A stretch of 64,000 nucleotides of DNA from Methylobacillus sp. Its GTDB lineage: Bacteria; Pseudomonadota; Gammaproteobacteria; Burkholderiales; Methylophilaceae. Location: NCBI GenBank assembly GCA_018607785.1, contig JABBAU010000026.1, positions 10,749 through 74,748 on the forward strand, in the 5' to 3' direction. Below the pieces are notes generated by a model. The model was given only the letters and a program-made list of their open reading frames with translations. It did no database searches and had not been told where the DNA came from. Numbering within the stretch: position 1 is the stretch's first letter; each line of letters opens with the position of its first letter. A program made the position numbers and the translations under genes. Of this stretch, positions 9,069-20,348 are shown piece after piece.

Positions 9069-10941
9069 AAAAGATAACCAAGATTCAAAATTTTTAATCC
9101 TTTGCTTAGGTGCATTGGGCGTAGTTTTTGGTGATATTGGGACAAGTCCACTTTATGCAATTAAAGAAATTTTTGCTATTAATAACAATATATTAGCGCT
9201 TACAAACTCTAATATGCTTGGCATATTATCACTCATTTTTTGGTCGTTGATTTCCATTGTTTCTGTTAAATATATCCTTTTCATTATGAGAGCAAATAAT
9301 AATGGTGAAGGCGGAATCATGGCACTACTTTCCCTTGCTTCACGAAATGCAAGAACGAGGGGTAAAAAATTATTTATTATATCTATTGGGATGTTGGGCG
9401 CTGCAATGTTTTATGCAGACGCCATGATCACGCCTGCTATTTCAGTCATCTCCGCAATAGAGGGGATCGAATTAATCACTCCCGCTTTTAGTACTTATAT
9501 TGTTCCTATTACATTAGTAATTATTTTTGTTTTATTTTGGACGCAAAGTAAAGGAACTGGTGCTGTTGGATTTATGTTTGGTCCGGTTATGCTTGTATGG
9601 TTTTTAATTTTATCTATTCTTGGAATTTATAATATTGCGCAAGAACCATCTGTTTTGAATGCGCTTAACCCTTTGCATGCATTTAACTTTTTTTCAACAC
9701 AATTTTCTATAGCGTTTATAACATTAGGTGCCGTTGTATTATGCGTCACTGGGGTCGAATCTCTTTATGCAGATATGGGGCATTTTGGCAGAAATCCCAT
9801 TAAAATTACTTGGTTTAGTTTTGTTTTTCCAGCTCTAACTTTAAATTACTTTGGCCAAGGCGCACTAATCTTAAGTGACCCAAGCACTATAAGAAACCCT
9901 TTTTATTTAATGGCTCCAGAATGGATGACATTGCCCCTTGTTATTATGGCGACAATAGCTACTATCATTGCTTCCCAAGCCTGTATTACTGGGGCATTTT
10001 CAGTTTCAAGACAAGCGCTTCAGCTTGGATTTATTCCTAGGATGAGGATTGATCATACTTCTGAAAATCAAGAAGGTCAGATTTATCTACCCAGAATAAA
10101 TTGGATGTTAATGATTGGTGTGATGAGTGTTGTAGTAATCTTTCAAAGTTCCAGTGCGCTTGCTAATGCCTATGGAATTGCAATTACACTCGATATGATA
10201 ATTGCAACTATCCTTGCAGGCTTTGTCATGCATGAAATATGGAAATGGAAATGGAAATATACTGTTACCTTCCTTGTTATATTTTTAACCATAGACGTTA
10301 TTTTCTTTTTATCAAATATCATTAAAGTACCTTCTGGTGGTTGGTTCCCTCTATTAGTTGGAATAGTATTTGTATTTTTAATCTCAACATGGAAAAAAGG
10401 TAGGAAAATCTTATTTAGGAAAACGAAAAAAGAAACAATGGAAATTGATTATTTTTTTAAAGAGATGAAAAAAAATATAAAAACACGGGTCAGTGGAACT
10501 GCAGTTTTTTTAACCCCAAATCCTGATGGTGTTCCGCACTCGTTGCTGCATAATCTAAAACATAACAAAGTGCTTCATAAGCGAATAATATTGTTATCTG
10601 TTAAATTTAGAGATTATCCTCACGCCAATAGTGAAAATATAATATCTATTAAGAAGCTTCCTAATAATTTTTACAAAGTTATTCTGAACTACGGCTATAA
10701 AGATCTAACAAAAATCCCTCAAGATTTGGCAAGATACCTTAAAGGAACATTTACCCTTGACCCCATGGATACATCATATTTTGTGGGTAAAGAAAGTTTA
10801 GTCATACGACAGGGGTCAGATATGAACTTTTTTAGAAAGAAAATTTTCTCCTATCAGTTCAGAACGTCAGAAAATATAACAAATCAATTTAATTTACCCG
10901 TAAATAGAGTTGTTGAGCTTGGGAGTAAGGTTGTTTTTTGA
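9061..10941 (+). CDS. kup: Potassium transporter Kup
   Basis: GVVFGDIGTSPLY and GEGG motifs; multi-TM domain plus C-terminal domain. Confidence 0.95.
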   Translation: MNKKDNQDSKFLILCLGALGVVFGDIGTSPLYAIKEIFAINNNILALTNSNMLGILSLIFWSLISIVSVKYILFIMRANNNGEGGIMALLSLASRNARTRGKKLFIISIGMLGAAMFYADAMITPAISVISAIEGIELITPAFSTYIVPITLVIIFVLFWTQSKGTGAVGFMFGPVMLVWFLILSILGIYNIAQEPSVLNALNPLHAFNFFSTQFSIAFITLGAVVLCVTGVESLYADMGHFGRNPIKITWFSFVFPALTLNYFGQGALILSDPSTIRNPFYLMAPEWMTLPLVIMATIATIIASQACITGAFSVSRQALQLGFIPRMRIDHTSENQEGQIYLPRINWMLMIGVMSVVVIFQSSSALANAYGIAITLDMIIATILAGFVMHEIWKWKWKYTVTFLVIFLTIDVIFFLSNIIKVPSGGWFPLLVGIVFVFLISTWKKGRKILFRKTKKETMEIDYFFKEMKKNIKTRVSGTAVFLTPNPDGVPHSLLHNLKHNKVLHKRIILLSVKFRDYPHANSENIISIKKLPNNFYKVILNYGYKDLTKIPQDLARYLKGTFTLDPMDTSYFVGKESLVIRQGSDMNFFRKKIFSYQFRTSENITNQFNLPVNRVVELGSKVVF

Positions 10942-11771
10942 TGAAAAATAAAAAGCACTTTTTTTTATCAATTTTAATTCTAGTTATTTTTATTGGTTGC
11001 ACCTCAACCACAAAAAAATCTGATTCAGATGTAGATCGTATCCAATTAATGATTCTTCCTGAGTATATGGCTATGGATATGTCGCAAAGTGGTTATACTG
11101 AAATTCTAGATAACGCAAAAAAGGATGGAATCTTAAATACAAATAGCTTGGAAGTTGAAAGAGTTAGGAACATTTCTTACAACTTGATAAGCCAAACCTA
11201 TATCTTTAGAGATGACGCTCAGGAATGGAACTGGGAAATCAATGTAATTGATAGCGAATTAATTAATGCATTTTGTATGCCTGGTGGCAAAATTGTCGTC
11301 TATTCAGGACTTATTAATAAATTAGATGCAACTGATGATGAACTCGCTGCAGTCATTGGTCATGAGATTGCGCATGCACTCAGAGAGCATGGTAGAGAAA
11401 GAATGTCATCAGCTCTTGTCCAACAAGTTGGTATTTTAGGGTTTGCAATTTTCCTTAGCAATCAGGATGGCAGCTTTTTATCAAAGCAAGCTATTTTGCA
11501 AGGGGTGGCATTAGGTACCACTCTATTTTTTGCTCTGCCAAACAGTAGAGAGCAAGAAAGAGAAGCAGATGACATGGGCTTAGAATTAACAGCCCTTGCG
11601 GGCTACAATCCGATGGCTGCAGTCAGCCTATGGAGAAAAATGGATGCACAATCTGACTCCCAACCACCAGAATTTTTAAGCACACATCCATCCAACGAAA
11701 ATAGAATAGAAGACTTACAAATTGAAGCTAAAAAATATGAAAAGCTTTACAAGGAACGGCAAAATAAATAA
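10938..11771 (+). CDS. M48 family metallopeptidase lipoprotein
   Basis: NAFCMPGG, HEIAH, EREAD, STHP; lipobox-like FIGC. Confidence 0.9.
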   Translation: MMKNKKHFFLSILILVIFIGCTSTTKKSDSDVDRIQLMILPEYMAMDMSQSGYTEILDNAKKDGILNTNSLEVERVRNISYNLISQTYIFRDDAQEWNWEINVIDSELINAFCMPGGKIVVYSGLINKLDATDDELAAVIGHEIAHALREHGRERMSSALVQQVGILGFAIFLSNQDGSFLSKQAILQGVALGTTLFFALPNSREQEREADDMGLELTALAGYNPMAAVSLWRKMDAQSDSQPPEFLSTHPSNENRIEDLQIEAKKYEKLYKERQNK

Positions 11772-11840
11772 TACAAGATCTTTTTTTAATTTTATTTGCT
11801 GTAAAATGTCTTTTTTTAAATTTTATCAAAGCAAAATATA

Positions 11841-12668
11841 ATGACAAACAATCAAATAATAATAGAAGCAGCTTTCGAAGATAGGTCAAACATAACCCCA
11901 AATAATGTTTCCAGTGAAATTAAGGATGCCATTAATCAAACAATTGATGGACTGAATGACGGTTCACTCAGGGTTGCATCAAGAATTAAAGATTCTCAAA
12001 ATTGGGAAACACACCAGTGGATTAAAAAAGCGGTTTTACTATCTTTTAGAATCAAAGAAAATGAGGTTATGGATGGTAATTACACTAAATTTTTTGATAA
12101 AGTCGATTCAAAATTTAGTAGTTTTACAAAAAAAGATTTTCAAAATGGTGGATATAGAGTTGTTCCTAATGCCAATGTAAGGAGAGGTAGCTTTATAAAT
12201 AAGAATGTTGTGCTTATGCCATCATATGTAAACATAGGTGCTTATGTTGATGAAGGTACTATGGTAGATACATGGGCAACTGTAGGCTCATGTGCTCAAA
12301 TTGGAAAGAATGTTCATCTATCCGGCGGTGTAGGAATTGGTGGTGTTTTAGAACCTATTCAAGCAGGCCCTACTATCATCGGGGATAACTGCTTTATTGG
12401 GGCTCGTTCTGAAGTAGTAGAAGGTGTTGTTGTTGAAGATAATGTTGTTATTTCTATGGGTGTTTATATTGGTCAATCAACAAAAATATTTGATAGAGAA
12501 ACTGGAGAGATCACCTTTGGCAGAGTCCCTAAAGGCTCGGTTGTTGTCTCAGGAAACTTGCCATCAAAAGATGGGTCTTACAGCCTATATTGTGCTGTGA
12601 TCGTAAAGAAAGTTGATGAAAAAACTTTGGGTAAAGTTGGTATAAATGAGCTACTAAGAGGAATCTAA
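11841..12668 (+). CDS. dapD: Tetrahydrodipicolinate N-succinyltransferase
   Basis: [10 protein letters not shown], hexapeptide repeats, INELLR end. Confidence 0.95.
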   Translation: MTNNQIIIEAAFEDRSNITPNNVSSEIKDAINQTIDGLNDGSLRVASRIKDSQNWETHQWIKKAVLLSFRIKENEVMDGNYTKFFDKVDSKFSSFTKKDFQNGGYRVVPNANVRRGSFINKNVVLMPSYVNIGAYVDEGTMVDTWATVGSCAQIGKNVHLSGGVGIGGVLEPIQAGPTIIGDNCFIGARSEVVEGVVVEDNVVISMGVYIGQSTKIFDRETGEITFGRVPKGSVVVSGNLPSKDGSYSLYCAVIVKKVDEKTLGKVGINELLRGI

Positions 12669-12670
12669 TA

Positions 12671-13033
12671 ATGTTGTCTGTATATGGAATTAAAAATTGT
12701 AATACAGTAAAAAAAGGATTGGATTGGCTTAATAAAAATAAAATCGATTATGAATTCTTTGATGTTAAGAAAATAAATTTAACTGATGAAAAAATAAGTG
12801 AATGGATTGACAATATTAGCGAGCCCTATTCACCAGAAAATTTACTCAATAAATCAGGTATGACTTGGAGAAAGCTATCTGACAATGAAAAAAATTTATC
12901 CCTTACAAAGAAAAATATTGTTATTTTAATTAAGAAATATCCTACGGCCATGAAAAGACCACTTATTATAAATAATAAAGAAGTTTTAGCGATTGGTTTT
13001 GATGAAAATATATATAAAGAAAATTTTAAATGA
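12671..13033 (+). CDS. ArsC/Spx family protein (YffB-like)
   Basis: [11 protein letters not shown] and KRP motifs; usual position before dapE. Confidence 0.85.
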   Translation: MLSVYGIKNCNTVKKGLDWLNKNKIDYEFFDVKKINLTDEKISEWIDNISEPYSPENLLNKSGMTWRKLSDNEKNLSLTKKNIVILIKKYPTAMKRPLIINNKEVLAIGFDENIYKENFK

Positions 13034-14157
13034 GTAGAACGCTAAACCTTTCCAAAGAACTAATTGCCAAAGAGTCGATCACTCCTAAAGATGAGGGATG
13101 TCAGGACCTATTGATTCATCATTTAGAAAAATTGGGTTTTGAAATAGAAAAAATGCCACATGGTGAAGTTCAAAACTTTTATGCTAAAAAAGGCTCAACA
13201 AGTCCTCTTATTGTTTTTGCTGGTCACACAGATGTCGTTCCTCCCGGACCTATAGATAAATGGTTAAGCTCTCCTTTTGAACCCACAATAAAAGAAAATA
13301 TCCTATATGGAAGAGGCGCAGCTGACATGAAAACTTCCTTAGCTGCATTTGTAGTTAGTATTGAGGAATTCATATCTGAAAACCCCAATCATAAAGGAGC
13401 AATAGGTTTACTAATAACTTCCGATGAGGAAGGTGTGGCTACAGATGGAACTGTCAAGGTTGTTGAAGCACTTCAAGAAAGGCAAGAAAAAATAGATTAT
13501 TGCATTGTTGGTGAACCAACTTCTTCAAAAAAATTTGGTGATACCGTTAAAAATGGAAGGAGAGGATCTCTTTCAGCAAAGCTTACCGTAAAAGGTATTC
13601 AAGGTCATATTGCATATCCTGAATTAATAAAAAATCCTATTCACGAAGTGGCGCCTGCAATTGATGATTTAGTAAATACTATTTGGGATGAAGGAAATGA
13701 ATATTTTCCTAAAACATCATATCAAGTTTCAAATATAAATGGAGGTACGGGTGCAACGAATGTGGTGCCTGGGCATGTTGAAGTTTTATTTAATTTTCGA
13801 TACTCATCCTCTGTTACTGCTGAAATATTAAAAGAGAGGGTTGAGGCTATCCTTAATAAACATAAATTAGAATTCTTAATAGAATGGCAACACTCTGGGC
13901 AGCCTTACCTTACTGAAAAAGGTATGCTTGTTGATATAGTTTCGTCTTCAATTGAGGAAGTTTGCGGGGCTAAACCGACCATTTCGACAACAGGTGGCAC
14001 GTCTGATGGAAGATTTATCGCAAGACTTTGTGATCAAGTTGTAGAATTTGGTCCCATCAACGAATCTATACATAAAATTAATGAACATATCGATATCGGA
14101 TGTATTGATAAACTTAAAGATATTTACAAGTTAGCTTTAAAAAAGGCTTTGGCCTAA
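13030..14157 (+). CDS. dapE: Succinyl-diaminopimelate desuccinylase
   Basis: [25 protein letters not shown]. Confidence 0.95.
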   Translation: MSRTLNLSKELIAKESITPKDEGCQDLLIHHLEKLGFEIEKMPHGEVQNFYAKKGSTSPLIVFAGHTDVVPPGPIDKWLSSPFEPTIKENILYGRGAADMKTSLAAFVVSIEEFISENPNHKGAIGLLITSDEEGVATDGTVKVVEALQERQEKIDYCIVGEPTSSKKFGDTVKNGRRGSLSAKLTVKGIQGHIAYPELIKNPIHEVAPAIDDLVNTIWDEGNEYFPKTSYQVSNINGGTGATNVVPGHVEVLFNFRYSSSVTAEILKERVEAILNKHKLEFLIEWQHSGQPYLTEKGMLVDIVSSSIEEVCGAKPTISTTGGTSDGRFIARLCDQVVEFGPINESIHKINEHIDIGCIDKLKDIYKLALKKALA

Positions 14158-14990
14158 GATAGATAATTTTTTTTAGGCTTTCTTTTGTTTGAGATCTGTG
14201 GGATTTTGAATTGATTTACATCAAAATTGTGTTCTCTTAAAACTTCCTTCACATGCTTTTGACTTAATTCTAAGTGCATGCCCCTTTTTAAATGAGAAGG
14301 CAGTCTAATTTCCCCAAACCTTACTCTAATTAACCGACTGACTGTAAAATTTAATTTCTCAAACAATCTCCTCACCTCTCTATTTCTACCTTCTCTGATA
14401 GTTACTTTATACCAATGGTTTACCCCTTCCCCACCCTCAAAAATAATAGAATCTAAAGCTGCCTTTCCATCATCCAAAAGAATCCCGTCTTTTAACTGCT
14501 TCATTTGAATCTCTGTCAGTTCACCTAAAATTCTTACAGAATACTCCCTTTCAATCTCATATCTTGGATGCATGAGCCTGTTTGCTAATGCTCCATGTGT
14601 TGTAAAAATTAATAACCCAGATGTATTGAAATCAAGTCTTCCAATAGCAACCCATTTTTCTTTTGTTAATTTCGGTAGGTGATCGAACACACTCGGCCTA
14701 TTTTTTGGATCATTTTTAGAAACAATTTCGCCATCTGTTTTATGGTAAAGAAGGATTTTAGGTAAAAGAGTGTCCTCACTCAATCGTATTAGTTTTCCGT
14801 CAAATACAATTTTATCTTTTGAAGATACGGTTTGCCCCAGATGTGCTGGTGAATTATTTACTTCAATTCTGTTTTCTAAAATTGCTTTTTCAATTCCTCT
14901 TCTTGACCCTACTCCCTGTTGAGCCAAAGCCTTTTGGATTCTTATTAATGAGGCTTCTTCTAGATTATCTTTAATTTTTTTTTGGGCCAA
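14154..14990 (-). CDS. rluB: 23S rRNA pseudouridine synthase B
   Basis: S4 domain, [13 protein letters not shown]; follows scpB. Confidence 0.88.
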   Translation of the reverse strand: MAQKKIKDNLEEASLIRIQKALAQQGVGSRRGIEKAILENRIEVNNSPAHLGQTVSSKDKIVFDGKLIRLSEDTLLPKILLYHKTDGEIVSKNDPKNRPSVFDHLPKLTKEKWVAIGRLDFNTSGLLIFTTHGALANRLMHPRYEIEREYSVRILGELTEIQMKQLKDGILLDDGKAALDSIIFEGGEGVNHWYKVTIREGRNREVRRLFEKLNFTVSRLIRVRFGEIRLPSHLKRGMHLELSQKHVKEVLREHNFDVNQFKIPQISNKRKPKKNYLS

Positions 14991-14996
14991 AATAAA

Positions 14997-15596
14997 TTAT
15001 TCACTATGATTTAAATTACTGACTTCTTGAGGACTCTCTAATGGATTTTCTTCATTATTTGATAAGTTTAAATCAGAATTTTCTAATTCTTTATACTCTG
15101 GTAGCTGAGATAAAGACTTCAATCCAAAATCATCAAGAAAATATTTCGTCGTCGCATACAATGAAGGTCTCCCTGGGACTTCTTTTTGACCAATGATATC
15201 CACCCATTCTCTTTCAATGAGTTGCTTCAAGGAGTTTGGGTTTAGCGAGACCCCTCTTATTTTTTCGATATCTCCTCTTGTGACTGGCTGTCTATAGGCA
15301 ATTATAGCCAGCACCTCCAATACGGCTCTTGAATATTTAGGGACCCTATCGGGATTAAGTTTTTTTAGAAATTCTGAAAATTCTACTTTTGACTGAAATC
15401 GATATCCATGTGCCACTTGAACTAAATCTAGTGATTTATCTTGCCAATCTTGCTGAATTTCATCAAGTAACATTCTAATCGTTGAGCGCTCAATGTTTTT
15501 ATCAAACATTTTTTGAAAATCATCAATAGATAAAGGCTGGCTATTTGTTAACAAAGCCACTTCGATAATTTGTTTTATTTTATTATCTTCAACCAT
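14997..15596 (-). CDS. scpB: SMC-Scp complex subunit ScpB
   Basis: IAYRQPVTRGDIE, PGRP. Confidence 0.93.
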   Translation of the reverse strand: MVEDNKIKQIIEVALLTNSQPLSIDDFQKMFDKNIERSTIRMLLDEIQQDWQDKSLDLVQVAHGYRFQSKVEFSEFLKKLNPDRVPKYSRAVLEVLAIIAYRQPVTRGDIEKIRGVSLNPNSLKQLIEREWVDIIGQKEVPGRPSLYATTKYFLDDFGLKSLSQLPEYKELENSDLNLSNNEENPLESPQEVSNLNHSE

Positions 15597-16393
15597 TATG
15601 CTGTCTCCAGTTGGATATATAAGGGGGAGCAGGGTTCTTGTTGATTTATTTTAATTAATCTTTCTTTTGATAACTCAAGGATTGCTAAAAAACATACAAC
15701 TAATTTTGGAATAGGATCCTTCTCTTCGTTAAATAAACTTGAGAACTCTATTAAATTATTTTCCTTCAAAGCTCTTAAGATTGATGTCATGTGTTCTCTA
15801 ACAGATAACTCCGATTTTGAAATTGTATGTTGCTCAAATTGCTTCGCTCTTTTAATCACATTTACCCAAGCAGAATATAAGTCATTCATATTCACCTCAG
15901 GAGGTATTTTATTTACTTCAGTTTCAAAATATGCACTAGTCCCCAACATATCTCGACCGATTTGAGGCATTACATTGAGCTCTTCAGCAGCTAATTTCAT
16001 CTGCTCGTACTCAATAAGTTTTCTAACAAGATCTGCTCTTGGATCATCTTCTTCATCCTCAGAGGCCTCTGGTTTAGGGAGCAACAATCTTGATTTTATT
16101 TCAATTAACATGGCCGACATTAGCAAATAATCTGCTGCAAGCTCTATATTGATTATCTTCATCTGTTCAACATAACTTATATATTGTGAAGTTAAGTTGG
16201 CCATTGGAATGTCAAGCACATCAATATTATCTTTTCTAATCAGATAAAGTAAAAGATCTAAAGGTCCTTCGAAAGACTCCAAATAAACTTCAAGCGCATC
16301 AGGGGGGATAAAAAGGTCTAAAGGCAGTTGAGCAATATTTTCTCCGTATAGCTTTGCCTCAACCTTATGGTTATTATTTACCAATTCTGTCAT
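15596..16393 (-). CDS. scpA: Segregation/condensation protein A
   Basis: FEGPLDLLLYLI, FLAILEL. Confidence 0.93.
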   Translation of the reverse strand: MTELVNNNHKVEAKLYGENIAQLPLDLFIPPDALEVYLESFEGPLDLLLYLIRKDNIDVLDIPMANLTSQYISYVEQMKIINIELAADYLLMSAMLIEIKSRLLLPKPEASEDEEDDPRADLVRKLIEYEQMKLAAEELNVMPQIGRDMLGTSAYFETEVNKIPPEVNMNDLYSAWVNVIKRAKQFEQHTISKSELSVREHMTSILRALKENNLIEFSSLFNEEKDPIPKLVVCFLAILELSKERLIKINQQEPCSPLYIQLETA

Positions 16394-17593
16394 TTAAAAA
16401 CTGATTCCCATCACTTCTCTGACATCTCTCATTGTATCTCTCGCAATCTTTCTTGCTTTTTCACAGCCTTCTCCAATGATGCTTTGAACAAGCTCTGGAC
16501 TTTCTATGTATTTTTTTGCCCTTTCGTTGATTGGTCCTAATTCTTTTGTAATCGAGTCAATTACAGGCTGCTTGCATTCAATACATCCCATATTAGCATT
16601 CTTACATCCATTTTTGACCCACTCTTGAGTTTTTTCATCAGAATATACTTGATGTAAAGGCCATACTGGGCAGTTTTTTGGGTCTCCTGGGTCAGTTTTC
16701 CTAATCCTTGCCGGATCCGTTGGCATGGTTCTAATTTTCTTTTGAATTTCTTCAGAACTTTCAGTTAAAGCAATAGTATTGTTATAAGATTTTGACATCT
16801 TCTGACCATCCAGACCGACCATTTTAGATGCAGGAGTTAATTTATATTCAGGCTCAATTAAAATAATTTTACCTCCACCCTCCAAGTAACCAAGTAATCG
16901 CTCTTGATCGCCCAAACTTAAAATTTGTTGTTCATCAATAAGAGATTGCGCAGAAGCTAATGCTTGGTCATCTCCCTCTTCTTGATATGCATCCTTAAGT
17001 TCTCGATAGAGCTGACCTTTTTTTGTGCCTAATTTTTTTATCGCCTCTTCAGCTTTGTCTTCGAACCCCTTCTCTTTCCCATACAAATGATTAAATCGCC
17101 TTGCTACCTCCCTTGTAAACTCAATATGAGGTACCTGATCCTCACCTACAGGCACTTGCGTGGCCCTATAAATTAGAATATCTGCACTTTGAAGCAATGG
17201 GTAGCCCAAGAAACCATAAGTCGATAAATCTTTTGAAGATAATTTTTCTTGCTGATCTTTGTAAGTCGGTACCCTTTCTAACCAACTCAATGGGGTAATC
17301 ATTGACAATAAAGTATGAAGCTCTGCATGTTCTGGTACTTTGGATTGAATAAAAATTGTTGCGTTTGCAGGGTCTACGCCAGCAGCGAGCCAATCAATAA
17401 CCATGCTAGTAACATTTTTTTCAATAATTTCTGGCGAGTCGTAGTGAGTAGTTAATGCATGCCAATCAGCAACAAAAAATAGGCACTCGAATTCATGTTG
17501 AAGATCTACCCAATTTTTTAATACGCCATTATAGTGCCCTAGATGTAGACTGCCTGTTGGTCTCATTCCAGAAACAACTCTTTCTATTGCCAT
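16394..17593 (-). CDS. trpS: Tryptophan--tRNA ligase
   Basis: HLGH, GEDQ and KMSKS motifs. Confidence 0.95.
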   Translation of the reverse strand: MAIERVVSGMRPTGSLHLGHYNGVLKNWVDLQHEFECLFFVADWHALTTHYDSPEIIEKNVTSMVIDWLAAGVDPANATIFIQSKVPEHAELHTLLSMITPLSWLERVPTYKDQQEKLSSKDLSTYGFLGYPLLQSADILIYRATQVPVGEDQVPHIEFTREVARRFNHLYGKEKGFEDKAEEAIKKLGTKKGQLYRELKDAYQEEGDDQALASAQSLIDEQQILSLGDQERLLGYLEGGGKIILIEPEYKLTPASKMVGLDGQKMSKSYNNTIALTESSEEIQKKIRTMPTDPARIRKTDPGDPKNCPVWPLHQVYSDEKTQEWVKNGCKNANMGCIECKQPVIDSITKELGPINERAKKYIESPELVQSIIGEGCEKARKIARDTMRDVREVMGISF

Positions 17594-17608
17594 TTTTTTA
17601 AATTCCTT

Positions 17609-18250
17609 TTAACCAAAAATTGTCAAAATAACATTCTGGCTGACTCTAATTAAAGGAGACAATATCGCTCCTAGTATTCCTGTTGCCAGCAAAAAAATTA
17701 AAATAAAAAATCCATACCTCTCCAGACCAGCTAATTTTCCAGACCAAGGATATGGAAGTAAACTCACTGCCACTCTTCCTCCATCTAAAGGTGGGAGTGG
17801 TAATAAATTTAAGACCATCAAAACAATATTAATTTGAATACCCGCTATCGCCATAACCCCTATAAAACTTTGTGCCATATTTGGAAAAAATAATTGATTT
17901 GAATATATGATTGTCCAAAAAATTGCCATTATTAAATTAGCTCCTGGCCCTGCCAATGCAACCCATAACATATCTTTTTTTGGATTACGAAGATTTGAAA
18001 AATTTACAGGTACAGGCTTAGCCCAACCAAAAATAAAACCTGCTTGTAAAAAAAATAGTAATGCCGGTAGAACTATTGTTCCCATCGGATCAATATGTCT
18101 TATTGGGTTTAAAGATATTCGCTTTAGATGAAAAGCAGTCATATCTCCAAAATATTTGGCAGCATAGCCATGAGCTGCTTCATGAACTGTAATCGCAAAA
18201 ATAATTGGAAGTGAATATGCAGCAAATTTTTGAATAATGGTTAAATCCAT
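17609..18250 (-). CDS. Site-2 protease (M50) family protein
   Basis: HEAAH and NLLPLPPLDGG. Confidence 0.9.
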   Translation of the reverse strand: MDLTIIQKFAAYSLPIIFAITVHEAAHGYAAKYFGDMTAFHLKRISLNPIRHIDPMGTIVLPALLFFLQAGFIFGWAKPVPVNFSNLRNPKKDMLWVALAGPGANLIMAIFWTIIYSNQLFFPNMAQSFIGVMAIAGIQINIVLMVLNLLPLPPLDGGRVAVSLLPYPWSGKLAGLERYGFFILIFLLATGILGAILSPLIRVSQNVILTIFG

Positions 18251-18296
18251 AAGTTAAGATTCTACAGGCAAAATATGTGAAATGTGATTGTTCATT

Positions 18297-19154
18297 TTAG
18301 TGGAATAATTTTTTTATTTGATCCCATTTTGTCCATATCGGGATGGAATCATTTGGTAAGGATCGAACATTACCGAGTGCACGATGAGAGATTCCTTTTC
18401 CATGAAAATCTGAACCACAAGATGAGAATAAATTATAATTGGCTGCAAGCTTAGAAAAGTAGTTAGCTTGTGATGGGTCTTGGCTTCCTGACATCACCTC
18501 AACACCTGTGCCTCCCAAATCCTTGAACTCTTGAAATAATTTTGGGTAAAGCTTATTTCCCATATCATACCTCCCTGGATGCGCAATAATTGCATCCCCA
18601 CCAGCACCATTGATAAGTCTTATTGATTCTTCTAGAGAAATCCATTCATGATCAACATAGCCTGGTTTACCAGGGGTGAGGAATTTTTTAAAAACAGCAC
18701 TGATATCTTTTGCATATCCTTGCGCAACTAAGAATTGTGCAAAATGAATTCTTCCGATCGTACTATTTTTAGCATATGATTTAGCCCCATCCATTGCCCC
18801 TTGAATTCCCGCCATCCCTAATCCATCTGCCATTAATTGTGCTCTCTTATAGCGGCCATCCCTTATTTTTTTTAAGCCCTGAAAGAGTAATTTATTATCT
18901 TTATCAAAATTTAAACCTACTATGTGTAAAGTTCTTTTTTTCCAAGTGACAGATATTTCCACCCCATTTATAAAAATAATGTTTAAACTTTTTGCAGTAA
19001 TACTTGCCTCGCTTAAACCAGCAATGTCATCATGATCAGTCAAAGCAATAGCTTGGACATTATTTTCAGCTGCATGTGACATTAATTCTGCGGGGGATAG
19101 AAGGCCATCAGATACATTGGAATGACAATGAAGGTCTATTATAGGTATATTCAT
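18297..19154 (-). CDS. PHP domain protein (YciV/RNase AM-like)
   Basis: DLHCHS, TDHD, AHP, GSDFH. Confidence 0.88.
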   Translation of the reverse strand: MNIPIIDLHCHSNVSDGLLSPAELMSHAAENNVQAIALTDHDDIAGLSEASITAKSLNIIFINGVEISVTWKKRTLHIVGLNFDKDNKLLFQGLKKIRDGRYKRAQLMADGLGMAGIQGAMDGAKSYAKNSTIGRIHFAQFLVAQGYAKDISAVFKKFLTPGKPGYVDHEWISLEESIRLINGAGGDAIIAHPGRYDMGNKLYPKLFQEFKDLGGTGVEVMSGSQDPSQANYFSKLAANYNLFSSCGSDFHGKGISHRALGNVRSLPNDSIPIWTKWDQIKKLFH

Positions 19155-19211
19155 ATTTACCTTATAATTATATTAGTTATTAACCTTTTAGAATAGAGAA
19201 AGTTTTTCCAA

Positions 19212-19739
19212 ATGAAATTTTTATATGACCTTTTACCCGTAATTCTTTTTTTTATCAGTTATAAAATTTACGATATTTTCATAGCAACAGGGGTTGCAAT
19301 CATAGCTACTCTTCTTCAAGTGCTTTATGACTATATTAAAAATAAAAAGATAGACAAGATGTTACTTTTTAATGGAGCTACAATCACCATTTTAGGTGGG
19401 CTTACAATTATTTTTCAAGACAAAACCTTTATCATGTGGAAGCCATCGGTTCTATATTGGCTCTTTGCCGCTGTTCTATTTATCTCAAATTATTTTTTTA
19501 ACAAAAATCTAATCAAGCTTGCTATGGGTCAAAAAATTGAATTAGAAGATAGCTATTGGAATAATTTAAATAACGCTACAGGATTATTTTTTATAATGCT
19601 TGGGTTTATAAACTTATATGTGGCATATAACTACGAAGAGGATACATGGGTGAATTTTAAATTATTTGGAATTACAGGTATTTTGTTTATCTATATTATA
19701 TTTTTGACTATATACATCTCAAAGGTGAGTAAAAAATAA
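19212..19739 (+). CDS. yciB: Inner membrane protein YciB (septation protein A)
   Basis: FIMWKP, WVNFKLFG. Confidence 0.9.
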   Translation: MKFLYDLLPVILFFISYKIYDIFIATGVAIIATLLQVLYDYIKNKKIDKMLLFNGATITILGGLTIIFQDKTFIMWKPSVLYWLFAAVLFISNYFFNKNLIKLAMGQKIELEDSYWNNLNNATGLFFIMLGFINLYVAYNYEEDTWVNFKLFGITGILFIYIIFLTIYISKVSKK

Positions 19740-19742
19740 ATT

Positions 19743-20042
19743 ATGTGGTATGCCATTTTAAGTAAAGATGTGCCAAATAGTCTTGCGTTGAGACTTAAAG
19801 AAAGAGGCGCTCATCGCAAAAGATTAAATGCACTTAAAAATGAAGGAAGACTGTTTCTTGCTGGCCCATTCCCTTCAACGGATTCAGAAGATCCTGGCGA
19901 GGAAGGCTTTTCAGGAAGTTTGATTGTTGCTGAATTTAATTCTCTCCAAGATGCTGTTGATTGGGCTGATAAAGATCCATACAACTTGGCAGGTGTTTAT
20001 GAAAATTTCGAAGTGAAACCTTTTATTAAAGTCTTACCCTAA
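19743..20042 (+). CDS. yciI: YciI family protein
   Basis: AGPFP, GFSGS, DPY. Confidence 0.9.
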   Translation: MWYAILSKDVPNSLALRLKERGAHRKRLNALKNEGRLFLAGPFPSTDSEDPGEEGFSGSLIVAEFNSLQDAVDWADKDPYNLAGVYENFEVKPFIKVLP

Positions 20043-20050
20043 CAAAAATT

Positions 20051-20308
20051 ATGACTGAGGATATTATTAAAAAAAGATTAGCGTTTTTAAATCCTACCCA
20101 ATTTAAGCTTGAAAATGAAAGTGAACTTCATCGAGGGCATAAAGGCAACAATGGTGGGGAACATTTTAATTTATATATTGTGAGTGATTCATTCGAAGAT
20201 AAAAATACAATGGAGCGACATAGACTAATTTATAAAGCACTTGAGGATCTTATTCCAGAAACAATTCATGCCTTAAGCATAAAAACATTTGCCCCAACCG
20301 AGCTATAA
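20051..20308 (+). CDS. bolA: BolA family protein
   Basis: ESELH, RHRLIY, IHALSI. Confidence 0.9.
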   Translation: MTEDIIKKRLAFLNPTQFKLENESELHRGHKGNNGGEHFNLYIVSDSFEDKNTMERHRLIYKALEDLIPETIHALSIKTFAPTEL

Positions 20309-20312
20309 TTCC

Positions 20313-20341
20313 TTGTATTGAGAATGATTCTCATTTAAAAT
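20313..20341 (+). promoter_or_regulatory. sigma70 promoter with a Fur box in its spacer, upstream of feoA
   Basis: TTGTAT-17 nt-TAAAAT; perfect 7-1-7 palindrome TGAGAAT-G-ATTCTCA at 20319-20333. Confidence 0.85.
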
Positions 20342-20348
20342 TAATGCC

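Noticed and set aside
16850..17080. Insertion in TrpS as a possible intein or mobile element
   Set aside because: No splice motifs; about 400-aa TrpRS with this helical insert is common in betaproteobacteria as I recall
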